DNA of 63,172 bases, filler included, from Stramenopiles sp. TOSAG23-6 (GCA_900128565.1; 37 parts of 37 records of this genome joined end to end with filler, not necessarily neighbours in it), one strand, 5' to 3'. Counted from the whole stretch's first letter, positions 39,267-53,083 are shown. The notes: generated from the sequence alone by a model not told the origin. Numbers and translations: made by a program.

Positions 39267-41158
39267 GTTCGTTTTATTTTTTTCAAATTCGATGTTTTTT
39301 TTTTCGTACGAAATTTCGTACCTAACAAATTTAAGTTTTTTTTTTTTGAANNNNNNNNNNNNNNNNNNNNNNNNNNNNNNNNNNNNNNNNNNNNTTAATT
39401 AATTAANNNNNNNNNNNNNNNNNNNNNNNNNNNNNNNNNNNNNNNNNNNNATGCCCTTGTTTTAAATGAGACATTTGCTGTTGCTGCTGAAGTTGAAGCA
39501 TATGCTGCTTGGAATAGTGGTACCTTTCAAAATTTCTATCATCTGAAAGCATAGCGTTTGCCTTTTCAAAGGTGTAAACCTGATATGTGCCAATTACGAA
39601 AAGAAAAAATAGAGACAAGCAGCAGCATAATGTGCCATTGCGAGCGCAGAGTAAAATTCGTGCACGGTACTGTAAATCATCAACATTTGAAGAGACTGTC
39701 CGATCACTCACTTTCTGCGAGCGACCTTGAAAAGCAGCCTTCATAGCATCGAATAATTTGATTTCCGGTCGACCGACTCACCGTTCCGTTCGTATGAAAA
39801 AAAATTCTGAGGAGGAGAGAGGAACCAAATTTTTCAAGTAGAGTAACTGTTTTCTGTATTTCGTGATTTTCGTTTTCCAACTTCATTCATCTAGCTTCTT
39901 TATCGATATTATTAGACTCTTTTTTTTTAAATACAATGATAACATACCAGCTGGAGAATGTATTATCGGCGTATCTGTCTGAGTTAATGTAATGTACTTT
40001 TTTTGTCATAATCCCAATCAATTTTGAAAATCTCTACTAGTCGTTACCTCGAGGCTATTTTATGAAGAATTGAATGAATTTTATAATATCAATCAAATCT
40101 TAATTAATGAAGATGTATCGACGGACTGCTGCATACATTTTGATGAATATTTACTTCGCTTGTTAACTTTGATCAACATCTCGCTCCCTCTTTCATCTAT
40201 TTTACAATATCAATATTGAATATCTGTATGATTGCTTATACTTTCGTCATTCTTTTAGAGGAATAAGGAGTTAAGTTTTCGTAAATAATGTGTGTTTTTG
40301 TAAATAGTTTGTCTAATAAAGCTTCTCTGATTGCATTAGCCTAAAAATATTTCAACCAGTCCCAATCGATTCTAAATTTGGGCAAAATTTTCTTAGAGAT
40401 AAATTTAGCAATACCCTGAGATTTCTTTTATAACTATGGGTTTATGTACCGATTTACAGTGTCACGGATAAAACAAGCCATGTAAATGTCTAACTAGAAC
40501 GTCTCAGCGGTTACCGTAATTATTATCTCGTTAAGCTTATCTGTATAAATGTCTTTATCACAGCGGAGCTATGTTATTACATTTATCCCGACATATCTAA
40601 AATAACACAAATTATACCAAAAGGATAATATAAATGTCTATTAAAATATGAATTTAAAGTTTAGAGATCTTCATTAGAGTGGCGGATATATAAAACTTCG
40701 AAACATATTTTGCAAAACCGAAATAGTGAAGTCACATTTTAAATTCTTCAATCTTTTTATTTTTTTGTCTCATTATTTCTNNNNNNNNNNNNNNNNNNNN
40801 NNNNNNNNNNNNNNNNNNNNNNNNNNNNNNNNNNNNNNNNNNNNNNNNTGTGACCTATTTTGAGGCTGTGATGTATGCCTTTGGTTAACGATAAACGCAG
40901 CCAGTTGAGAAAGTTGTTGGTTTTGTTGTTTTCAGTGGTAAAAAAGGTACCGATATCAAGAATCTCTCTTGTTGCCCCCCAAAAATTCGTTGGAACCGAC
41001 TCCATTTTTAGAAAAACAACAGAAAACAATAATAACAGCATCGTATACAAATTTGTAANNNNNNNNNNNNNNNNNNNNNNNNNNNNNNNNNNNNNNNNNN
41101 NNTTAATTAATTAANNNNNNNNNNNNNNNNNNNNNNNNNNNNNNNNNNNNNNNNNNNN

Positions 41159-42589
41159 AATAAAAATAAAATACAAAATGAAATGTGTAAAAAAACATTT
41201 GAACTTGACCAATTTGATCCTTTATCATCATATGCATTCTCAAGACCATTTGAACATGTCAAATTTACACAATATTTATTTACAACGGGTACCGGGTCCA
41301 CCTGGGCAATTATTAATAAAGATGAATTAGAAAATTCTGGATGTCAGGATAAGCAAGTTGAGGTAGGGTTGGGGTTAGGGTTAGGGGAAGAGGGTGATAT
41401 TACTGGACCTGATGTGTATACATATAATATACCAAATACACGAAATATGAAAAATACACGAAATAATGAATTTCCAAAAGCAATTGATATTGAACGAAGT
41501 TATCATCGTAATATTCATGGCTATTTATTAGGGGGATGTGAAAATGGTACAAATTTAAGTACAAATTTAAAAAAAAATTTTAAAAAAAATTCAAAAAAAA
41601 ATTCAAAAAAAAATTTAAAAAAAAATTTAAAAAATGATCAATTTGTAATTTATTTAGATGAATCGATAGAAATTCGACCAGGTGTGTTTAAAAGAGGTAA
41701 AGAAATTATATACGCAGAAGGACATTCAATCATGTACGTGTTTCAATTTCGAATTTATTTATAATATATATAATTTTTTTTTTTTTTTTTTTTTTTTTTT
41801 TGGAAGGAAAAAAAATTTTTAATTTTTTCCTAAATTTTTACTTTTAATTTTTTTTTTTTTTTTTTTCATTATACATTTTACATTTTGAACCATTATTGAA
41901 CATTCAAAGAAAATAAATGAAAATAAAACTCAACAATCAAATCAAAGTCTTTACAATTGAACTCATTTGTCCTTTTTTTTAAATATTTTTTCACATTCTA
42001 TGAAAGGTTTAAGTACAAAAAAGTTTCTACTTGAAGATGGATTTAATGTTTGGATTCGAAATGGAAATGCCATTGACGGTTACACAAATCCATTTCAGAA
42101 AAACCCTAACCCTAATAATAATGATGAAAATGATGATAATGATAATAATAATGATGATAATAATGATAATGATGATAATGATGATGATAATGATGATGAC
42201 TATTCATATGATGAAAAAATTACTGAACTGTTCGATGATAACATCGAGAATACACGAAATATACAAAATAATGATTCTACAAAGAATATTACAATGACGA
42301 TTCAAAGTAATGGTAAAAAAGTTCAATTATTTGTTCCTTCAACAAAAACAGCAGGTATTTTTTTACAATGTTCAAATCAAAAAAAAAAAATTGTAGATTT
42401 TTTTTTTCTATTTTTTTTTCGTAGTACATTTTGTACCTAACAAAACAACATAAATTTTTTAAAAATATCACAACACATTACAAAAGATGCTGCACAAGAA
42501 TTTTGTACTGGTATGAACAAACACGAAATATGTAAAATTGCCATAATAAGAGAAATCAAAAGACTTCGTGAAGAAATGGAAGAGCCCTA
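41159..42589 (+). CDS. Low-complexity hypothetical multi-exon protein
   Basis: ORFs 41183-41764 and 41967-42440 separated by poly-T intron-like segments; D/N repeats. Confidence 0.4.
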
Positions 42590-43861
42590 ACCCTAGGTAA
42601 TTCTTTGTTTGTCATGAAATCTTATAAATAATAAAAAACATCTTATTAAAATATATAATATATTTTTTTGAATNCACATATTGTAAAAGATGTAAAACAT
42701 TTTCGACGTCCATCAAAATCAAAAACATCTCAGCTGTGAGATTCCATGCCATTGTTTTGTACCTNNNNNNNNNNNNNNNNNNNNNNNNNNNNNNNNNNNN
42801 NNNNNNNNTTAATTAATTAANNNNNNNNNNNNNNNNNNNNNNNNNNNNNNNNNNNNNNNNNNNNGAACATTTTTTTTTTTTTTATTTTTTTTTTTTAATT
42901 TTTTTTTCGAACTTTTTTTTTTTCGAACTTTTTTTTTTCTTTGATTTCAATGAAATTTTACTTCAGTTTATTATTCTTTTTAGACAATAATCATCTTTAC
43001 TTGGTTATCTACGTATATAGGTAGTTTTATTGATTTTATTATGTTTTTTTCTGATTTCTTTTTAATTGTATTGTGTTTTTCTTATTTCTTTGAATTTTGT
43101 TGTATTTTTTCTGATTTTTTTTTTTTTTTTTTCCCAACTTTTTTTTCTCTTTTCCAACTTTTTTTTCTTTTTTCCCAAAAAATATCTGATCTTATTCTTT
43201 GAAAACAACTATTAAACGACATTCAATTCATAGCCATGGAAACTTTGAAAAATTTCTCAAAAATGAAAAATCACAAATTGTACTCTTTGTTACCGGGTAT
43301 CAAAGAAAATTAAACGTAAATTCAGTGGTCGAAAATGAAACATAATATTGGCGCGAGTTGTTTGTCTTTTTTGATCGATCGAGAGAGAATCGATTGATTT
43401 GTTGAACTTCACTGTGTATATTGATTTTCTACGATTGCTTCATTTATTTTGTAGGCTATATTATAGCGAATACAGAGAAGACAGCATGTTAAGTCGTCGA
43501 CTAGTCACAACGTAGGTTGATATAAGTGAATATTTTGTTTGTTTTACGTCATTCTTTCTTGATGAAATGTTTGGTCTTTAATCTTTAATGTTTTACTCTC
43601 ATTGTGTCTCGAGTCTTTCTTGTCAAGTTCCCCTGTTGTTTGTATACTCTTATGTATGCCTGTGTTTTAAACAAATCTATACATACATACATACATACAT
43701 ACATACTCTTACCAACGTAATACGTGTACTGTTCTCAAGTTTTTGAATTTTTATTATATCATCTGTGTTACAGTAGCGTTGACGAAAATGAGGGCTACTG
43801 TGCGACCCTTGGTAATTTGGATTTATTTAATGTCGTAACCTCACAAAATTCAAATCGCATT

Positions 43862-44369
43862 ATGAGTTGTAGTGATATGGATGGTTCTCCCATCATATGG
43901 GTATCCGTTGGCCTTGGTGGTGCCCTTATTGCTTTCCTCGCATCTGTATTATTCTTTTCATATGTGTACAACCAACCGGCGGGGGATGCACAAAAAGATA
44001 CCTTGTTACGTAAAAGTGCAGAGTACATTCACGTCGGTGCTAAAACATTTCTTCACACAGAATACATGTGGTTATCACTCTTTGTAACATGTTTATGTAT
44101 CACTATGGGCATATTATTTGCACTCATGGATAAACAGGATGATTTGGCTGCGATTTACGTTGTGGTTTGTATTTTAGCAGGTGCTGTTTTGTCCGCATTG
44201 GCTGGATACATTGGCATGTTCATTGCAACAAAAGCAAACATACGAACAACACACGCATGCCGTGCTGGTTTAGGACAAGGTTTATCTGTTGCATTTAAAT
44301 CTGGTGCTGTTATGGGTTTAACTGTCACTGGGTTGGCTCTTTTTGGTCTTTCCATTTTTGTAGTCGCTT
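43862..44369 (+). CDS. Membrane H+-translocating pyrophosphatase, first exon
   Basis: GAKTFLHTEY, GYIGMFIATKANIRT, AFKSGAVMGL; donor T|GTACGT at 44370. Confidence 0.92.
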
Positions 44370-45026
44370 GTACGTTTTTTTTATTATTATTTTTTTATAT
44401 AGTGTGTGTATAGTTTTCGTACGAAATTTTGTACCTAACCAAAAAAAAAAAAAAAAAAAAAAAAAAAANNNNNNNNNNNNNNNNNNNNNNNNNNNNNNNN
44501 NNNNNNNNNNNNTTAATTAATTAANNNNNNNNNNNNNNNNNNNNNNNNNNNNNNNNNNNNNNNNNNNNTCCTGTGGACTTCGGGTACAAGATATATTTTG
44601 GTACCCTACATTTTTGGCGCCAACGTCAACCCGAACCGGTCAAATAATTTTTGGAATCGAAATTCGAAAAAAAAAAAGTAACTGGTTTCCTTTTTTTTTT
44701 ACACGTGTGACTGCCGTGTGACTTGTCACTTACACAATATACAAGTGTAGCCTGTTAATTGTGTTGTTATTGACATACCTACTGTAGATACTACTACGAC
44801 CTCTCTTTTCTAGTGTATTGGTTACATAGATAACTCTACTACTGGTAAATATTAGGCCTATTCGTATATCAACTTGATCACGGCTTGTTCATAAGGCACT
44901 AGGGATAGCTATTGTTGGTCATATTATAAAAGGAACCGCTGTGGTTTTATTTGTTCATTAATATGTTTTGCGCTGATCTCTATACATATTAGAACGCCAA
45001 GCACTCACTATAGCTAGTTACCCATA

Positions 45027-46080
45027 ATGATGGCATATACAGTCGCTAGACGTGGGTTTTGCTCAGCACGAACTCTCTTGAAAGACAATCTTTGTTTGAC
45101 TTTTCCTGGTCAAGGGACTCAATACTATGGTATGGGCAAACAACTTTGTCATGATTTTCCTTTTGCGCGTTCTATTTTTGAACAAGCTGATGAAGCTCTT
45201 CAATATAACTTGTCTCGTCTAATGTTTTCAAGTCCCACTGACAATAACGACGACCAATCAACTTGTCTCTCTCAAACAGAGCATGCACAGCCTGCAATAT
45301 TAATACACTCCATCGCTACTCTTGCAATATTACGTGAAGAATGCGGATTAAATTTAACTTTTGATTCTGGGGTTGACAGTGCTGTCTCCGTAGTCCTTGG
45401 ACATTCTTTGGGGGAATATACTGCACTAGTTGCTTCTGGGTCGTTATCTCTAAGTGAAGGTGTACAGTTAGTACGATCAAGAGGTTTAGCGATGAGCAAT
45501 GCAGTTCCCAATGAAATAAAAACGTTAATGTCTGCTATGATGCCTACTACACGAAATGCTGTTTCTGAACTAATCCAGGAAGTTTCTAAAAACTTGGGCG
45601 AAGGACATGTTTGCAATATTGCTAATGTCAACTCAAGAAAGCAAGTTGTAATTAGTGGAACTAAAGCAGCTGTGGAGTTAATTGCCAAATTGGCCAAAGA
45701 AAGAAAAATATGTTTGTTTTCATCATTGAATTTCAAATTTGTTTTTTTTTTCATAGAAAATTTTGTACCTAACAAAAACAAATATTTTTGAAAATATTTT
45801 TTCACAATACATGTCGCAAAAGTATACCCTTAAAAGTGAGTTCAGCATTTCACTCCGATTTGATGGCTCCAGCAGTAGAAGAGTTGAAATTGGCCCTTTC
45901 AAATGTTTCTATTAAAACACCAACAATTCCAATTATATTTAATGTAGATGCGTTGGAACGTCCTCATAATGCAAAGATATCTATCGAGGGTAATGTAGAT
46001 AATATAGAGTATACTGATGATGTCGTTAAAAAATTATTACTCCGACAGATGGTTTCACCTGTTCTATGGCTAGATTCTAT
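45027..46080 (+). CDS. fabD: Malonyl-CoA:ACP transacylase (mitochondrial-type); GT-AT intron 45712-45812
   Basis: FPGQGTQ, AQPAI, GHSLGEY, QVVISG, I|CRKSIPLKVSSAFHS, SPVLW. Confidence 0.95.
45712..45812 (+). other. GT-AT intron in fabD
   Basis: T|GTTTGT...GTACCTAAC...CACAATACAT|GT; no AG between branch point and junction. Confidence 0.88.
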
Positions 46081-46272
46081 GTATGTTTTATTTTTTTTTT
46101 AAACAAAAAAATTCGATTTTTTTTTCATACGAAATTTTGTACCTAACAAATTTTAGTTTTTTTTTTTGAAATNNNNNNNNNNNNNNNNNNNNNNNNNNNN
46201 NNNNNNNNNNNNNNNNTTAATTAATTAANNNNNNNNNNNNNNNNNNNNNNNNNNNNNNNNNNNNNNNNNNNN

Positions 46273-47876
46273 TCCTGTGGACTTCGGGTACAAGATATAT
46301 TTTGGTACCCTACATTTTTGGCGCCAACGTCAACCCGAACCGGTCAAATAATTTTTGGAATCGAAATTCGAAAAAAAAAAAGTAACTGGTTTCCTTTTTT
46401 TTTTACACGTGTGACTGCCGTGTGACTTGTCACTTACACAATATACAAGTGTAGCCTGTTAATTGTGTTGTTATTGACATACCTACTGTAGATACTACTA
46501 CGACCTCTCTTTTCTAGTGTATTGGTTACATAGATAACTCTACTACTGGTAAATATTAGGCCTATTCGTATATCAACTTGATCACGGCTTGTTCATAAGG
46601 CACTAGGGATAGCTATTGTTGGTCATATTATAAAAGGAACCGCTGTGGTTTTATTTGTTCATTAATATGTTTTGCGCTGATCTCTATACATATTAGAACG
46701 CCAAGCACTCACTATAGCTAGTTACCCATAATGATGGCATATACAGTCGCTAGACGTGGGTTTTGCTCAGCACGAACTCTCTTGAAAGACAATCTTTGTT
46801 TGACTTTTCCTGGTCAAGGGACTCAATACTATGGTATGGGCAAACAACTTTGTCATGATTTTCCTTTTGCGCGTTCTATTTTTGAACAAGCTGATGAAGC
46901 TCTTCAATATAACTTGTCTCGTCTAATGTTTTCAAGTCCCACTGACAATAACGACGACCAATCAACTTGTCTCTCTCAAACAGAGCATGCACAGCCTGCA
47001 ATATTAATACACTCCATCGCTACTCTTGCAATATTACGTGAAGAATGCGGATTAAATTTAACTTTTGATTCTGGGGTTGACAGTGCTGTCTCCGTAGTCC
47101 TTGGACATTCTTTGGGGGAATATACTGCACTAGTTGCTTCTGGGTCGTTATCTCTAAGTGAAGGTGTACAGTTAGTACGATCAAGAGGTTTAGCGATGAG
47201 CAATGCAGTTCCCAATGAAATAAAAACGTTAATGTCTGCTATGATGCCTACTACACGAAATGCTGTTTCTGAACTAATCCAGGAAGTTTCTAAAAACTTG
47301 GGCGAAGGACATGTTTGCAATATTGCTAATGTCAACTCAAGAAAGCAAGTTGTAATTAGTGGAACTAAAGCAGCTGTGGAGTTAATTGCCAAATTGGCCA
47401 AAGAAAGAAAAATATGTTTGTTTTCATCATTGAATTTCAAATTTGTTTTTTTTTTCATAGAAAATTTTGTACCTAACAAAAACAAATATTTTTGAAAATA
47501 TTTTTTCACAATACATGTCGCAAAAGTATACCCTTAAAAGTGAGTTCAGCATTTCACTCCGATTTGATGGCTCCAGCAGTAGAAGAGTTGAAATTGGCCC
47601 TTTCAAATGTTTCTATTAAAACACCAACAATTCCAATTATATTTAATGTAGATGCGTTGGAACGTCCTCATAATGCAAAGATATCTATCGAGGGTAATGT
47701 AGATAATATAGAGTATACTGATGATGTCGTTAAAAAATTATTACTCCGACAGATGGTTTCACCTGTTCTATGGCTAGATTCTATGTATGTTTTATTTTTT
47801 TTTTAAACAAAAAAATTCGATTTTTTTTTCATACGAAATTTTGTACCTAACAAATTTTAGTTTTTTTTTTTGAAAT
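46273..47876. repeat. Exact duplicate of contig 44569-46172
   Basis: Identical sequence and ORFs. Confidence 0.95.
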
Positions 47877-48038
47877 NNNNNNNNNNNNNNNNNNNNNNNN
47901 NNNNNNNNNNNNNNNNNNNNTTAATTAATTAANNNNNNNNNNNNNNNNNNNNNNNNNNNNNNNNNNNNNNNNNNNNGGGAAGCCTTCATTTTTATGTATT
48001 TGTCAAAAAAAAAAAAAAAAAAATTTTTGGGAAAAAAA

Positions 48039-48078
<40 letters not shown>

Positions 48079-48123
48079 CGATTTTTTTTTATCAAAAAAA
48101 AAAAATAAAAAAATAAAACATAC

Positions 48124-49227
48124 ATCTCATCCGCTAAAATAGAGGATCGATTTTGAATCCAATTAAAAATTAACCAATTGACACCTTCTACTTGATAATC
48201 ACGAAGAACAAGACCTCTTTTTTTTGAATATGGACCAGAATTAGCAGTATAGAAATTATTTTCGATTTGTTTTGATTTTTTGTTTTTTTTCTTTTGATGA
48301 TGTTTTTTAGATTTTTTTTGTACTAGAAAAAAATCATCAAATTGTTTTTCTAGTCTTAATTTGTGTCTATTATATATTGATATAATTGTTGTATCATTAA
48401 TATCCTCAATTGTTTCCCATGAACATGTATTTTGAAAAAATAGTTCAAAAAAATCTAAAAAAAAATTGTTAGGTACAAAATTTTTTTACGAAAAAAAAAC
48501 AAAAAAAAAAAAATAATTTTGAAAAAATATTTTGAAAATTTTTTTACGAAAAAAAACCAAAAAAAAAAAATAATTTTGAAATTCATGATGAAAACAAACA
48601 TGAATCATATCCTAACGATCCACCCCATTTTACTAAATATTCATATTTTGGTTGTTTTTTATTTGTAGGATATTTTTGAAATGGTTTATTTCCATTTTTT
48701 TTACATTTAGGGCAAAACCAATTTTGATCTTGGCAATTATCTATAGTATAATCTACACAAATTTGATGATACGTCATATCACAACCATCACAATATACAA
48801 TATCTTCTCCATTATCATATATTTTTGGAAAATATTTGAAAAAAAAAAAAACTGTTAGGTACAAAATTTCGTATGAAAAAAAAAAAACATAATAATTTGA
48901 AAAAAAAAATATTTGAAAAAAAAAAAAAAATGTTAGGTACAAAATTTCGTATGAAAAAAAATATTATAATAATTTGAAAAAAAAAAAAAAAAAAACATAC
49001 TCCTCCTTGACACACAGAACAAGTAAACTTCCCACCACATTCAAACGCACTACATATAAATTTACCTTTTGGAATTTTTTTTAATCCTATACATTGTTGA
49101 TGATAGGCTCGAGAACATTTTCCTTCACAAATGACATTTATTTTGGGAAAATATTTAAAAAAAATTTTGAATTTCAAATTTGTTAGGTACAAAATTTTTT
49201 TACGAAAAAAAACCAAAAAAAAAAAAA

Positions 49228-49279
<52 letters not shown>

Positions 49280-49519
49280 ATACATGCCTTGTGGAAAAAA
49301 AAAATTTTGAATTTAAAATTTTTTAGGTAAAAAATTTTTTTACAAAAAAAAACCAAAAAAAAAAAAATTTTTTTTTTTTTTTTTTGAAAAATAAATAATA
49401 AAAATAAATAATAAAAACGTACAATATCATTACCCTCAGACGTATCACCACCACCACATAAACAACAGAATATATCTTCTTCTTCGTCGTCGTCCTCATC
49501 AGCAACACGTTGACCAACA
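48124..49519 (-). CDS. CHD-type chromatin remodeller fragment (two PHD fingers, chromodomain, SNF2 start); introns 48425-48599, 48817-49000, 49136-49422
   Basis: [86 protein letters not shown]...SILADE. Confidence 0.92.
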
Positions 49520-49679
49520 ATACGTTTTGGAAAAATATTTCAAAAAAAAATCGTTAGGTACAAAATTTCGTACGAAAAANNNNNNNNNNNNNNNNNNNNN
49601 NNNNNNNNNNNNNNNNNNNNNNNTTAATTAATTAANNNNNNNNNNNNNNNNNNNNNNNNNNNNNNNNNNNNNNNNNNNN

Positions 49680-51281
49680 TTCATTATTCTCATGAGATAC
49701 TTTACTGTCACAATCTTTAGTTTTTGTGCTTTTAGTGTTTTCTAATTGTGTGCTCAACACATCATTAATGATACTGAAGTGAGTATTTTTATCTTGTACT
49801 GTGCTATTCATTCCATCTGCTTGATTCATCAAAAATTCTGCAAGTGTCATCAATTTCACTTGATTAGCAACATTAATAGATGATGATAGCTCATCTTTAA
49901 TACCTTTAAGATATATATTTGAAGGGGGATTTGCTTTTGGTGGGGCTAAACACCAAAGTATAGCTGGAATATCTCCCATCTTTACTCGTTCAACAGTTGT
50001 GGCAGTACTATTGATATCGGTACCGCGATTTGATGTTTCAAATAATGACAATATTTGAAGTATTTCCTCAATGTGTTGATAGTTTTGTGTCACTTCTTCA
50101 TCACAAAGTTCTGCATTCATATTACTAATACTTGCTGACTCATCAAAAGTACTGTCTCCTTCTTCACCGCTATTGACCGGTGAATTTGAAGGAGTGTTTT
50201 TATCTTCGATACTTTGAACATTTTGAACATTTTGAACATTTTTTAAAACAGAAAAAACGCTATCAACTGTCGTTTTAGATAGGGTCTTCTTTTTGAACAA
50301 AGCTGCCAGTGCTACATGATTAATTTTCCGAGATCTCAATTTCCTTTCATCAATAATTTCTCCAGCAAGAAATGGATTTCTAATTTTAACTACACTTTTA
50401 TTACCTAACCAGTCTTGGAAGTCTACTTTTTCAGGGAATGAGCCATTAAACTCATCTTTAGCAGCTTGCCGGAGGTATGGTAAGTCTGAAGCTTCTCTAT
50501 ACATCTGTGCTTTTTCTTTATCATTAAGGGTGTCCCAATATTCCTGCATCAATTCCACGTTTCCCGAAATCGATTCAACTTCACTCTTCATAAAATTTTC
50601 TCGAGCTTTGTTTTCCGTTGTATACCATTTTTTGAATGCTGTCCACCGAGTTTCTGTGGACGTTCCATGTGGATCAATGTAACCTTCTGGGCGAGGGATA
50701 TCTTTTATACCATATCCTACTTCGTCATAGTCATCTTCTGTAAGCAAAGTAAGACCTGCTTCTTTTGCAAGCAGACATGTTTTAGTATCATAAGCCGCGG
50801 TAACCAATTCCTTCTTTTGTGCTTCAACAGTCATTGACTCCCATTCTATTGGCGTTGACTGGCGAATATTGCCAATTGGTTGAGGTGGTGGTAATGCAGG
50901 TCCAATCGGACCATTGTCAAAGAAAAATTCCTCTCTGCACTCTGAAGGTTCATTTAGCACTTCACCTGCACCAATATTTTCCGGTAATGGGAGGTGACAT
51001 ACCGATATTTTTAATGTAAGGCGTGATCGAGCTGATAAAGGCTTAGCTGGTGTTTGTAATAGCAAATTTCCGTTTTCTTCATCATTGCATATGTTTGGTA
51101 ATTTTAGTGGTTCCATGTGAAGTTTCTGTGTTTTACGAAGTTTGACCAGAGCTATATATTCATTTTGCTCCTCTAGAGATTCTTTTACTGCTTCTGCAAG
51201 CCTTTTATCGCTGGTTTTAGGTGGCATTGTTACACTAGCACCAGCACCTGTAGTAAATGTCGCCGACTTGGAAAACTCACG
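49680..51281 (-). CDS. Hypothetical protein, intronless fragment
   Basis: Over 500-codon ORF; no motif recognised. Confidence 0.7.
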
Positions 51282-51381
51282 NNNNNNNNNNNNNNNNNNN
51301 NNNNNNNNNNNNNNNNNNNNNNNNNTTAATTAATTAANNNNNNNNNNNNNNNNNNNNNNNNNNNNNNNNNNNNNNNNNNNN

Positions 51382-51464
<83 letters not shown>

Positions 51465-52110
51465 CGAAATCGAACAATATGTTAGGGTTAGGGTTGTTAG
51501 GGTTTTCTGCATTATGAAAACAAACATGAGAATAATACAGGCTCTTGAGATACAACACCAATGTTTCGTCGTAATGCAACAGGACCACCAGGATATTCGC
51601 GAATATTACGACCCCCAACAAAAATATCGCCATGTAATTTTAGGAAAATATTTCAAAAAAAAAATTGATTTTTTTGTTAGGTACAAAATTTCGTACGAAA
51701 ACCATAAAAAAAAAAATTTCAAATTCAAATTTTGAAAACGTACATCTAAAGGGTCATATAATCGACTAATTAATGCAGTGACTGTCGATTTCCCACATCC
51801 ACTGCCACCGACTAATGCCAGATGATGCCCTGCCGGGATTTTTAATGACAAATTTGAAAGTACAGGTACAGACCTGCGCGTCGGATATGAAAAATGAATA
51901 TTTTTTAATTCGATCTCGCCAAGGTTAGGATTATTTGGATTATTTTGATTATTAGTTTTAACAACAATGTTTTTATATTCTTCTTCTATTTTTTTCTCTT
52001 GTTTTGAAAATATCTCAAAGTCCATTGGAATTTTCTTCATATCAACAGGAGAAGTCATTGAAGGTATTCTATCTAAAATTGTAAATAAACGTGAAGATGT
52101 TTTGTGAAAA

Positions 52111-52145
<35 letters not shown>

Positions 52146-52219
52146 GAAAAAAAAAAATTTGTTTGGGAAAAAATTTTTTTTTAAAAAAAAATTTTTTCCC
52201 AAACAAATTTTTTTTTTTC

Positions 52220-52254
<35 letters not shown>

Positions 52255-52268
52255 TTTTCACAAAACAT

Positions 52269-52839
52269 CTTCACGTTTATTTACAATTTTAGATAGAATA
52301 CCTTCAATGACTTCTCCTGTTGATATGAAGAAAATTCCAATGGACTTTGAGATATTTTCAAAACAAGAGAAAAAAATAGAAGAAGAATATAAAAACATTG
52401 TTGTTAAAACTAATAATCAAAATAATCCAAATAATCCTAACCTTGGCGAGATCGAATTAAAAAATATTCATTTTTCATATCCGACGCGCAGGTCTGTACC
52501 TGTACTTTCAAATTTGTCATTAAAAATCCCGGCAGGGCATCATCTGGCATTAGTCGGTGGCAGTGGATGTGGGAAATCGACAGTCACTGCATTAATTAGT
52601 CGATTATATGACCCTTTAGATGTACGTTTTCAAAATTTGAATTTGAAATTTTTTTTTTTATGGTTTTCGTACGAAATTTTGTACCTAACAAAAAAATCAA
52701 TTTTTTTTTTGAAATATTTTCCTAAAATTACATGGCGATATTTTTGTTGGGGGTCGTAATATTCGCGAATATCCTGGTGGTCCTGTTGCATTACGACGAA
52801 ACATTGGTGTTGTATCTCAAGAGCCTGTATTATTCTCAT
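52269..52839 (+). CDS. ABCB-type ABC transporter NBD fragment; GT-AT intron 52622-52733 (mirrored copy on minus strand)
   Basis: [40 protein letters not shown]. Confidence 0.93.
52666..52689 (+). repeat. Dispersed conserved intron core TTCGTACGAAATTTTGTACCTAAC (representative copy; dozens in the window, oriented with the host gene)
   Basis: Visible directly, and as recurring peptides VRNFVPN / SYEILYLT in the ORF track. Confidence 0.97.
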
Positions 52840-52900
52840 GTTTGTTTTCATAATGCAGAAAACCCTAACAACCCTAACCCTAACATATTGTTCGATTTCG

Positions 52901-52983
<83 letters not shown>

Positions 52984-53083
52984 NNNNNNNNNNNNNNNNN
53001 NNNNNNNNNNNNNNNNNNNNNNNNNNNTTAATTAATTAANNNNNNNNNNNNNNNNNNNNNNNNNNNNNNNNNNNNNNNNNNNN

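Larger units (their letters stand above)
51382..52983. repeat. Whole-contig perfect inverted repeat (fold-back chimera, centre ~52182)
   Basis: Identical ORFs on opposite strands, symmetric about a poly-A/T intron. Confidence 0.92.

Noticed and set aside
45710-45810. Reading the introns as U12-type AT-AC
   Set aside because: Possible only by sliding within the ATG repeat. It fails where the exon ends TT or GA (8330, 49000) or the intron ends ATAT, and there is no ATATCC donor or TCCTTAAC branch.
51382-52983. Giant palindrome as a real inverted gene pair
   Set aside because: Perfect symmetry centred in a homopolymer intron with a truncated gene; typical amplification/assembly fold-back
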